The notes beneath the pieces were generated by a model. It saw nothing but the letters and a program-made list of their open reading frames with translations. It was not told the origin of the DNA and ran no database searches. From a virus (taxonomy: Duplodnaviria; Caudoviricetes): a stretch of 49,795 nucleotides of DNA. A program made the translations under genes and the position numbers. This document shows, in pieces, positions 18,483-26,663 of the stretch (positions within the stretch are counted from its first letter, which is position 1; every line of letters begins with the position of its first letter). The stretch is from the IMG/VR virus record IMGVR_UViG_3300012663_000597, positions 1 to 49,795 of that record; one strand, given 5' to 3'.

Positions 18483-19424
18483 TTATTCTCCTACATTGCG
18501 TTTAACAGATTCTACAATTTGTTTAAGTTGATCAGTAGTTAATTTCATAATTGATTCGTTAGCCAAATCTGCAACTTCATCATAACATAGTCTTATAGGG
18601 GAATATATTTTTTTATCTTCTCCAAAATCTAAAATGTCAAATCTACTATAATCGGGATATGACACATTTTGTTTAAATGTGCCGCCGAGTGCTATTGTTG
18701 CTTTTTTATTTAGACCAAATGCGGCATGTTGTCCTACGCTATCACAACCTAAAAAATAATCTGCTGCATTAATAACAGCAAACCATTTTCGTAAATTAAG
18801 ACCAGTAATTTGAGCCGGATCAATAGTTGTGTACCCTAGTTCTTTAAAATTAATATTAGATTCTGTCATTAATATAATAGTAAACTCTTGCTGTAATTGT
18901 TCTATAATTTTAACAACGTCGTCTATAAAAAACGATTTACCAAAGGTGTCAAATTGTATTGTGTGTTGTTGCATATTTGCGCCGCGGCCAAATGGTTGGA
19001 ATACAATTGTTTTTTTATTTTTTGTAGATTTTTTTATAGTATTAACAGTTTCAATCCCGCCAAAATATTCTTCGTTAGATAACTTAATCCGCGGTGCTCC
19101 TATATACCGAAGACCTTTCTGATTAATTGCAATGTCAAACGCTTGAGAAATACTAGCTTGTTGATTATAATATTCCCATACATGATACGGTTCTGGAGAT
19201 ACATAGTTTCTATTTTTAATTTTATCATGAAATAAATTTTTATGATGAAATTCAAAACACCGCTTATACAACGTTGGATGCCCTTTAAAAAACTCCATGC
19301 CGTGTTCGACAATTATAACAAAATCGTCGTCGGGGTTTTCCGTTTCAAATAACTCTAATGCAGGGATAGAACATAACACTCTACCTGCGCCGCCGTTGAT
19401 TAAAAATGCTGTTGATCTTTTCAT
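18483..19424 (-). CDS. Glycosyltransferase, GT9/heptosyltransferase-like GT-B fold
   Basis: N-terminal 'GGAGRVLCSIPAL', 'IVFQPFG', 'AVINAADYFLGCDSVGQHAA' resembling the GT9 DSGxxHxA motif. Confidence 0.65.
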   Translation of the reverse strand: MKRSTAFLINGGAGRVLCSIPALELFETENPDDDFVIIVEHGMEFFKGHPTLYKRCFEFHHKNLFHDKIKNRNYVSPEPYHVWEYYNQQASISQAFDIAINQKGLRYIGAPRIKLSNEEYFGGIETVNTIKKSTKNKKTIVFQPFGRGANMQQHTIQFDTFGKSFFIDDVVKIIEQLQQEFTIILMTESNINFKELGYTTIDPAQITGLNLRKWFAVINAADYFLGCDSVGQHAAFGLNKKATIALGGTFKQNVSYPDYSRFDILDFGEDKKIYSPIRLCYDEVADLANESIMKLTTDQLKQIVESVKRNVGE

Positions 19425-19428
19425 ATAA

Positions 19429-20037
19429 TTATAATTTTAAATAAGTTAAGCCTTCATCAGACCCAAATTCTCCGCGAGCAAACACATTAAATGCAATGCT
19501 TACTCGTTCGTAGTCGCTTTCATTTTTATCAACACTATGATATAACATCGACGGAAATAATACAATTGTATTATTTTTTACTTGGACTTTCCAGAGGTCA
19601 CTATTCCATATATTAAAAGAACTTCTCTTCATAGTTAGTAATGATAGTTCTGATTTCCTATGAAATACAATATTGTCGTTATCGCCTGCTTGCAAATAAA
19701 ATGTTCCACTAATAATACTATTATAATGGTAATGTATATGATGTTCGGTATCTTTTGGATTAACATTTACCCACGATTGTGTAACATAAAATTCATTAGA
19801 GTCCCACATCATTACATTTTTAGCATAGTGATCAATTTCTTTTTGAACTAGTTCTTTAATTTCTTTGAACATAGGTTCAGATAAAATATCTCGATTGTTA
19901 CTTGCCCAATTTTGTCCAGCATTGCGATAATATTCTAATTCTTTACAATAGTCAAGGACTTGCTGAAATTTCTGAGGCAGTGCATCAGAAGTTGCTACGT
20001 AAACTGGTACTGAGAATAACGGAATTATTTCACCCAT
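19429..20037 (-). CDS. Fe(II)/2OG oxygenase-fold protein (HxH type, TIGR02466-like)
   Basis: 'LFSVPVY', 'SWVN', 'HYHYNSIISGTFYL', 'FPSMLYHSV', 'RVSIAFN'. Confidence 0.88.
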   Translation of the reverse strand: MGEIIPLFSVPVYVATSDALPQKFQQVLDYCKELEYYRNAGQNWASNNRDILSEPMFKEIKELVQKEIDHYAKNVMMWDSNEFYVTQSWVNVNPKDTEHHIHYHYNSIISGTFYLQAGDNDNIVFHRKSELSLLTMKRSSFNIWNSDLWKVQVKNNTIVLFPSMLYHSVDKNESDYERVSIAFNVFARGEFGSDEGLTYLKL

Positions 20038-21619
20038 TATGTACCTTTGTTTTTAAATACTGGAACAACGATGGAGCATTTTTTGCAGCAGTTTGCCATT
20101 TTTTCTGTAGCTCTCCTCGCCTAGTAACAAACAAATCTACAATTGACTTAACATCGATGCCAAATACATGTGACGCAAAAATAGTGTTAAGTTTACTCAT
20201 AACAAAAAAGTGCATACCAGTTGCAACGCAGTGAATTCCGCCAAAATCTTGATGATTAAAATGAAACATTTTTCTATTGGCTAAATCAGCAAATCCTTTC
20301 GCAACAGTTGGTATTAATTTTGTCATCTCTGGATTGAATGTTTTATTTGAAATTGTACGCCAATATTCAGTATCATCTCTGATGCTTAGTGCATAGTGCA
20401 TTGCTACAAATTCTGCAAAATTGTTATATAATTCTAAGGTTGAAGAATTATACACATCTCGATCCCATTGTGTTACATAACCTTGTCGATCTAATGTTGC
20501 AATTATTTTAAATAAGAATTCGTGTACAGTAAACAATCCGTTACTTTCAAGGGGTTCAATAAACCCTGCGCTTAACCCAATTGCAACTACGTTTTTAACC
20601 CAGGTGCGCTCGTGGATTCCAATACGCATGCTAATATCTTTATACGTTAATGCATCTACTTGTTCTCTAGTTCGAGGAACTGTCATCTTATCACTCATCA
20701 AATACTGTTTGAATTCTTCCTTAGCATCCTCGGGGCTTACAAATTTATCGCTATAAACATACCCTGTGCCAATTCTACTCCATAAAGGAATATTCCAACA
20801 CCACCCGTTATTGATAGCTGTACAATTAGTATATGGTTCTAATTCTTTTTCAATTTCTACATAAGGAACTTGTGCAGCCCATGCGCGATTGTTTGGTAAC
20901 ATATCTGAATAGGAAATAAAAGGCTCTGCTAGTGCTTCGCCTAATAGCATACTTTTCCAACCAGTACAATCAACAAATAAATCAGCAACTATTTCGTCGC
21001 CGTTATCCATAACTAGTTTTTCTATGCCTGCATCAGATGTATTAACATTAGAAATACTGCGTTGAATAAGGGTTACGCCTCGTGGAATACAATATTCATC
21101 GCATAACCACTTACCAAACAATGCAGCTTCAAAATGATATGCTACATCTAAATCTGGTCTGTAATTGTCAAGGCCTGTAGGGTCATTAGTAAATTTATTA
21201 TTTTCTATTAATGGCATTGTTGAAAAATACGTCCTACAATAATCTTCAACTGGTGTTTCAGGATAAAATATCTTCTTAGCTTGCCAATCTTTTAGACCAT
21301 CGTCGCCGTCAAATACTATTGGATTGCCAAACGGATAATGAAATGACCCGGCATCTTTGTTATAAAAATCAGTAAACTTAATACTCATTTTATATGAAGC
21401 ATTAGTATACTTCATAAAATCTTGTTCGTCTATTCCCAACGCATGCATCCAGTGTCTAATACCGCCTAGGGTACTTTCACCAACACCAACAATTGGAACA
21501 TTTGGGCTTTCTATTACAGTTATTTTTTTATGTGGAAAGAAGTTAATTAGAGTTGCAGCGGTCATCCACCCTGCACTTCCTCCACCTACTACTACAATGT
21601 TTTCAATTTTTTTAGGCAT
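20030..21619 (-). CDS. Flavin-dependent (tryptophan) halogenase homolog 2
   Basis: GGGSAG, 'VGVGEST', 'ASYKMSIKF', 'FVDCTG', canonical 'WCWNIP', 'FIEPLESNG'; AGGAG RBS. Confidence 0.93.
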   Translation of the reverse strand: MPKKIENIVVVGGGSAGWMTAATLINFFPHKKITVIESPNVPIVGVGESTLGGIRHWMHALGIDEQDFMKYTNASYKMSIKFTDFYNKDAGSFHYPFGNPIVFDGDDGLKDWQAKKIFYPETPVEDYCRTYFSTMPLIENNKFTNDPTGLDNYRPDLDVAYHFEAALFGKWLCDEYCIPRGVTLIQRSISNVNTSDAGIEKLVMDNGDEIVADLFVDCTGWKSMLLGEALAEPFISYSDMLPNNRAWAAQVPYVEIEKELEPYTNCTAINNGWCWNIPLWSRIGTGYVYSDKFVSPEDAKEEFKQYLMSDKMTVPRTREQVDALTYKDISMRIGIHERTWVKNVVAIGLSAGFIEPLESNGLFTVHEFLFKIIATLDRQGYVTQWDRDVYNSSTLELYNNFAEFVAMHYALSIRDDTEYWRTISNKTFNPEMTKLIPTVAKGFADLANRKMFHFNHQDFGGIHCVATGMHFFVMSKLNTIFASHVFGIDVKSIVDLFVTRRGELQKKWQTAAKNAPSLFQYLKTKVHNG

Positions 21620-21625
21620 CTCTAC

Positions 21626-21695
21626 TCCTTTATGCAGTTACTTATCACGATATTAGTAGGGTGTGAAAATTCTTGATAAGTAACTGCACAAAGGA
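21626..21695. promoter_or_regulatory. Divergent late promoter + RBS cassettes forming a 22-bp inverted repeat
   Basis: TGATAAGTAACTGCA(T/C)AAAGGA on both strands (21626-21647 and 21674-21695; one mismatch). Confidence 0.8.
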
Positions 21696-21704
21696 TCTTG
21701 GTAC

Positions 21705-22433
21705 ATGAATAATAGTTTACAAAATAACAATTGGAAATTTTCGGAATTTAAAAGTAAACCTCCTAAGAGTCCATTTGCTCCAAACTACCATTATATATTT
21801 GCCGAAAATCTTATTGAAGATGTTGATTTTAAAAAAATTGCATCTATAATCTTAGAAAAAGAAAAAGAAATTGTTGGCTCTACTATACCAACAACTGATG
21901 CGTATACTGGATTAGGCGACAACAGTTTAACCTCTCGTTGGAAATCATTTAATATATTTTCCTGGACAGAACCAGAAATAGAAAAATTGAAAGTTCAGAT
22001 ATATGGAAGATATCTAGAATTTCTTCAAGCATATAACGTACCTCGGTCAGATGTTATGATACAGTGTTGGGCAAATGTAATGCGAGAAGGTGAGCAAATA
22101 CGTCCACACATACATGCATCCGGTGAATGGTCATATTTGGGTGGACATGTTACTATACAATGCGAAGACACTAGCACAGTTTATATTAACCCAATAGATC
22201 AAATCAACGAACCAGATGTATACGTTAGTTATAATCGAATAGGAAAAATTACACTATTCCAGCACAACATTCCGCACTATACTACTCCTCATCATAGTAA
22301 TACTAACTCGGAAAGAATTACTCTTGCTTTTGATATTTCAATGGCAGAGTTTGTTAATTTGTTTGATCATGAAGCACATCCTGAATGGAAGAACTATGTA
22401 ATGTTTGACTACCCATCTAAGGAGAAAACATGA
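21705..22433 (+). CDS. Fe(II)/2OG oxygenase-fold protein (HxH type)
   Basis: 'WANVMREGEQIRPHIH', 'LFQHNIPHYT', 'RITLAFD'. Confidence 0.8.
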   Translation: MNNSLQNNNWKFSEFKSKPPKSPFAPNYHYIFAENLIEDVDFKKIASIILEKEKEIVGSTIPTTDAYTGLGDNSLTSRWKSFNIFSWTEPEIEKLKVQIYGRYLEFLQAYNVPRSDVMIQCWANVMREGEQIRPHIHASGEWSYLGGHVTIQCEDTSTVYINPIDQINEPDVYVSYNRIGKITLFQHNIPHYTTPHHSNTNSERITLAFDISMAEFVNLFDHEAHPEWKNYVMFDYPSKEKT

Positions 22434-23599
22434 ATATAGCTGTTATAGGAGTTGGTACTGCCGGTGTAACTTCCTTATGTCACGCACTTAGATGGTTATC
22501 TAACGAACATAGTACTATTACTTCAATTTATGATCCTAATGTAAAAATTTTAGCAATTGGGGAGTCGATGGATCCTGGATTTCCTACAGTATTATTTGAA
22601 GGGGCCGGTTTTACTCTATTAGAAGATGCAAAAGAGTTAGATGCTACTCTAAAATTAGGAGTTACTTGGAAAAATTGGAGGGATAATGAATTTACTTCTT
22701 TTATGCATCCGCCAGTATATGCTATGCATTTTAATAACGGCAAATTAAAAGATTTTTGCTTTGAACGATTTACAAAAATATGGGGCAATAGATTTAAAAT
22801 TATCGAAGGTGCAGTTACTGATTTAACTAGTACTTCTGATGTAGCAACTGTTACAGTTAATAATATCGAACACCATTTTGACTTTGTAATTGATTGTAGA
22901 GGAACACCAAAAGATCTAACAGATTATAATGTCATTAAAGATCCCGTTAATCATTGCTTAGTAAATGTTATAGACGAACCGGGAACGTGGAATACTACAA
23001 TTCACCAAGCGCATGCTAATGGTTGGATGTTTGGTATTCCATTGACTACTAGACAAGGGTGGGGTTATTTGTATAACGACAATATCACCTCAAGAGAAGA
23101 GGCAGTTGCAGATATTGAGAAAATTTTTAATACAACTAAGTTAGATCTAAGAGAGTTTAAATTTAACAGTTATTATGCAAAAAGTTTTTTTAATGGTCGT
23201 ATAATTAAAAATGGAAATGCTGCGTTATTTTTTGAACCAATGGAAGCATTATCTGGATATTTTTACAGCACTGTTATGAGAAATCTAACTGATTATATTT
23301 TTGGAGAGTGTTCGGTAGAGGAGGTTAATTATAGATTAACTGAGGCGGCACAAGACATTGAAAATTTTATTAATTTTGCATATCATGGTGGTTCAACTTT
23401 TGATAGTGAATTTTGGAAAACTACAATTGCTAATACTACTAACAAGCTACAAACTGATCAACGATGGGCTGAGACTGTTAAAGATATAAAATCGTGCATT
23501 GCCGATGGAAAAATTATTCAAGAAAAATCTATTGCAAGATGGTATATTAGACACTGGCTTAATTGGGATAAAAATCTAGAGTATAACTATTTTACTTGA
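22430..23599 (+). CDS. Flavin-dependent halogenase homolog 3 (short, divergent)
   Basis: GVGTAG, 'AIGES', 'ATLKLGVTW', 'VIDCRG', 'WMFGIP', 'FFEPMEA'. Confidence 0.8.
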   Translation: MNIAVIGVGTAGVTSLCHALRWLSNEHSTITSIYDPNVKILAIGESMDPGFPTVLFEGAGFTLLEDAKELDATLKLGVTWKNWRDNEFTSFMHPPVYAMHFNNGKLKDFCFERFTKIWGNRFKIIEGAVTDLTSTSDVATVTVNNIEHHFDFVIDCRGTPKDLTDYNVIKDPVNHCLVNVIDEPGTWNTTIHQAHANGWMFGIPLTTRQGWGYLYNDNITSREEAVADIEKIFNTTKLDLREFKFNSYYAKSFFNGRIIKNGNAALFFEPMEALSGYFYSTVMRNLTDYIFGECSVEEVNYRLTEAAQDIENFINFAYHGGSTFDSEFWKTTIANTTNKLQTDQRWAETVKDIKSCIADGKIIQEKSIARWYIRHWLNWDKNLEYNYFT

Positions 23600-23603
23600 T
23601 CAT

Positions 23604-23633
23604 AAAAAAACGGACTGTTAAAGTCCGTTTTTT
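23604..23633. terminator. Bidirectional rho-independent terminator
   Basis: A7-CGGACT-GTTAA-AGTCCG-T6 between convergent genes. Confidence 0.9.
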
Positions 23634-23641
23634 ATTAACAC

Positions 23642-24178
23642 TTAAGGTTGCGGAGGCTCGTCCGGAGTGTTTGCCCATTTTGAGTCAACTGTATCTAATA
23701 CACCCGGCATAGGTGGCCATTCAAATTCTGAACGTTTTCTAATAGTACTAAAATCAATATCGTCTGTGATTGATCGTAACTTGGCACGATATTCTGCCCA
23801 TTCAGCTCGTTCTTCAGGTGTTAATGGTGCATCAGCTACTTGGGTCCAATCAGTTCTTAATAAGTAAGTCATTCTAGGGCCAGCGACCCAACGGCGAATT
23901 TTTTCTTTAACAGAAAGTTCTTGAACATTCCAGAGTTGTTCAATATTACCGTCGTCATTTTTAATAATTTCTCCGCGGAAAACATCAAAGCTATCAAGAT
24001 CGTGTTCACCATCGCCTGGGGGAGCACTATAGTTCTCAATAACTTTTAAGTTATTTGCTGCTAATGTCTCAGGCGATGGTACTGAAACTAAGTCTTCGGC
24101 ACCTACTAAATACCGAACGTTTTCCCACGTTATCGGAAATCCTTCCGGATTTCCATTACTATCAACTTTAATATACAT
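23642..24178 (-). CDS. Tail fibre assembly chaperone
   Basis: 'RMTYLLRTDWTQVADAPLTPEERAEWAEYRAKLRSIT...WPPMP', typical of phage tail assembly chaperones; directly downstream of a fibre gene. Confidence 0.85.
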   Translation of the reverse strand: MYIKVDSNGNPEGFPITWENVRYLVGAEDLVSVPSPETLAANNLKVIENYSAPPGDGEHDLDSFDVFRGEIIKNDDGNIEQLWNVQELSVKEKIRRWVAGPRMTYLLRTDWTQVADAPLTPEERAEWAEYRAKLRSITDDIDFSTIRKRSEFEWPPMPGVLDTVDSKWANTPDEPPQP

Positions 24179-24194
24179 TAATTATTCTCCAATT

Positions 24195-26309
24195 TTATAA
24201 GTCGCCAGTGTTAGTTGATGGATATGCTCTACTTGGGCCCCACATGATTCGAACAGCACCTCTGCCACCCCATCCGCCGCCTTGGCCGGTACCACCACCG
24301 CCGCCCCCACCGCCATATGATCCGCCGCATGCAAATCCGTTGCCAGCACCGTTTGAGTAAGGTTCGCCCCAACCACCGCAAGTACCGTTTGAACCAAATT
24401 GTCCACCACCGCCAGAGGTTCCGTGACCAATTGAAGGGTTACTACATGCACCGTTGTTACCTTGGCCTCTAATACCAGTACCGCCGCCGCCGCCGGAGCC
24501 GTGAGTTGATGAATGGTGTGATGCGGCACTTCCGCCGCCGCCATGACATCCAACATATCCTGAGTTAGCCTGGTTGCATAAGTTGTTAGCGTATCCACCA
24601 CCGCCACCACCACCGCCAGCAGCGTTAGGATATGCAACCATACCGCAACTTCCGCAACAAACAGCGTATGGCCCACTAACGTTGAAGCTACCGCCGCAAC
24701 ATCCGCAAGCGCCACCGCATGCAGTCATAATACCAGCAAAGCAAGAGCAGCCGCCTTGACTTCCGTTCCAGCAACCACCGTGGCCTGCTTTAACACCGTA
24801 ACCCTGTCCTGGAGTTACTGGTACACCGTTAGCCCATGCAAGACCACCGCCCGCGCCACCGCATGCAGCCCAATAATAAATTCCACCGCCGCCACCGCCG
24901 ATAACGGCAATCGATACAGAGTTAACACCTGCTGGAGCAACCCATGTATAGTCATTTCCTGAAGATCCACCACCAGCGGTATTATATGAACCTTCATATA
25001 GTGATTGTCCAGTTGGTACAGGTACGTTTATTGTTACAGTAAATGCTCGATCTTCAAATAAAGTGCCTACTGTTGCTCGTATAGTAAAACTAGATCCAAC
25101 TGATGATCCAGCTCCCGATGTTGATGTGCCGCTAATAGTACCGTTACTAGTGTTTAAGCTACCACCAGACGGTAATGATCCGCTTTGCAATGAATATGTT
25201 ATTGCAGCACCGCTAACTGAAGTTGCATTAACACTAAATGAGTAGGCTGCAGATGCGTTGGCAGTTATTGTACCAAGACCGCTAGCAGTGTTCCAAACAA
25301 TTCTGTTAAGCACGTAGTTTCTATTAGCAGCATGTTCTGCTTGGGTCGGATTTGGAACACATACTGGGCCGGCAAACGTCGACGTAACGCCTGCACTTGT
25401 TGATACAGAGCCACCAGTTACTGATAATCCGTTATTGGCAGCAAGTGAAGTAAATTCACCGGTGTTTCTAGTAACTGATCCAATAGGAGTAGCTTGAATA
25501 CTGTCAGCGTCTAGTAGTCCGCCAACGTGCAATGCACCGCTTATACCAACACCACCGGTTACTACAACAGTACCGCTACCAGTGCCTGTACTTGCTGTAC
25601 CAGCAGTAAACGACACTTGCGAGTTTGCACCTAATGTTGTGAATGCACCAGCAGCTCTGGTAACACCACCAATGTTTGTATTATTAATATTGCCAGTAGT
25701 AGCCGGGCTCATCGACACAGTACCTGTACCAGTTGGACTAATAGTAACTGTTTGGTTTGCTGGGCTTAGACCAACAGCATTGTTAGCATCTAATGTAGTA
25801 AAGTTACCAGCGCCCCTAGTAGTGCCGCCAATTGCTACGTTGTTAATGGTACCTGCTGTTCCTGGATTAATAGTAACAGTACCAGTACCAGTTGGGCTAG
25901 CTGTAACGCTTGCATTTGCTGGGCTTAACGATACTGCACCGTTTGCAGTTAATGTGCTACTAAATGTACCAGTAGTTGCTGATACTGGGCCACCTTCGTT
26001 GTTGCTAATGACATATGCTGTACCATTAGATGTTACAGAAAAACTAGTATTATTAGGAATAGTTTGACTAGTTGCCGCAGTAAATCCGCTACCTATAAGG
26101 TTCGCGCCGCCTGCAACTGCAAGAGTTACGTTGCCACCTGTGTTATTAAAAATATGTTGTATTGTACCAACGAACGATGCTGGAGGTGCAAGGGTTACTG
26201 TATAACCCGGTGTGCCAGTTAATAGTAGAGTAGCGCCGTTAATTACATAGGTAAATGTAGTCGCGCCAGTTACCGATATGGTCGATTGTGTTGTATTAAA
26301 ACGTGCCAT
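24195..26309 (-). CDS. Tail fibre / adhesin with shaft repeats, Ig-like domain and Gly/Cys-rich C-terminal tip
   Basis: Repeats of 'INNxxIGGxTRxAGxFTTL' and 'SPTGTGTV'; Ig-like 'ITYSLQSGSLPSG..LNTSNGTISGT'; polyglycine domain 'IGGGGGG...GGRGAVRIMWG'. Confidence 0.82.
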   Translation of the reverse strand: MARFNTTQSTISVTGATTFTYVINGATLLLTGTPGYTVTLAPPASFVGTIQHIFNNTGGNVTLAVAGGANLIGSGFTAATSQTIPNNTSFSVTSNGTAYVISNNEGGPVSATTGTFSSTLTANGAVSLSPANASVTASPTGTGTVTINPGTAGTINNVAIGGTTRGAGNFTTLDANNAVGLSPANQTVTISPTGTGTVSMSPATTGNINNTNIGGVTRAAGAFTTLGANSQVSFTAGTASTGTGSGTVVVTGGVGISGALHVGGLLDADSIQATPIGSVTRNTGEFTSLAANNGLSVTGGSVSTSAGVTSTFAGPVCVPNPTQAEHAANRNYVLNRIVWNTASGLGTITANASAAYSFSVNATSVSGAAITYSLQSGSLPSGGSLNTSNGTISGTSTSGAGSSVGSSFTIRATVGTLFEDRAFTVTINVPVPTGQSLYEGSYNTAGGGSSGNDYTWVAPAGVNSVSIAVIGGGGGGIYYWAACGGAGGGLAWANGVPVTPGQGYGVKAGHGGCWNGSQGGCSCFAGIMTACGGACGCCGGSFNVSGPYAVCCGSCGMVAYPNAAGGGGGGGGYANNLCNQANSGYVGCHGGGGSAASHHSSTHGSGGGGGTGIRGQGNNGACSNPSIGHGTSGGGGQFGSNGTCGGWGEPYSNGAGNGFACGGSYGGGGGGGGTGQGGGWGGRGAVRIMWGPSRAYPSTNTGDL

Positions 26310-26328
26310 TTATTATTATCCTCACTTA

Positions 26329-26649
26329 TTACGTTGTCGATGTTTCAATGCCGTATACTGTACATCCTAGATTTGCAGTGTCTGAATATACTACTATATT
26401 TAGTCCTGCTTGTAGCACTAATCCAGTACGCTCAAATACACCGTTAGGAATAAGAATAGTATCGTATTCGATCCATTCCGATGTGTTTGGTGTGCCAGTT
26501 GACGACATTGCTACACGTATTTGAATAGCGGTTGTATTTCTGTTTGTAAGAGAAATATTACATACAGTGTAATATCCGGTTGGAACTGTGTACACTGTAG
26601 TGTTTGTTGTTGCAGCAATTGCGAAATTGCCTAATCTTCCTGTTGCCAT
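26329..26649 (-). CDS. Small beta-rich virion protein associated with fibres
   Basis: 106 aa, 'TTVYTVP...NISLTNR...GLVLQAG..IVV'; GGAG RBS; between fibre genes. Confidence 0.7.
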   Translation of the reverse strand: MATGRLGNFAIAATTNTTVYTVPTGYYTVCNISLTNRNTTAIQIRVAMSSTGTPNTSEWIEYDTILIPNGVFERTGLVLQAGLNIVVYSDTANLGCTVYGIETSTT

Positions 26650-26663
26650 TTTTTAATCTCCAA

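Noticed and set aside
21626-21695. Phase-variable invertible promoter
   Set aside because: Both arms carry the promoter motif, so inverting the spacer would not switch expression; no recombinase in the window.
24182-24715. 177-aa alternative-frame ORF inside the fibre tip gene
   Set aside because: Ala/Val-rich by-product of GGN glycine codon runs that lack stops in the shifted frame; no RBS or motif.
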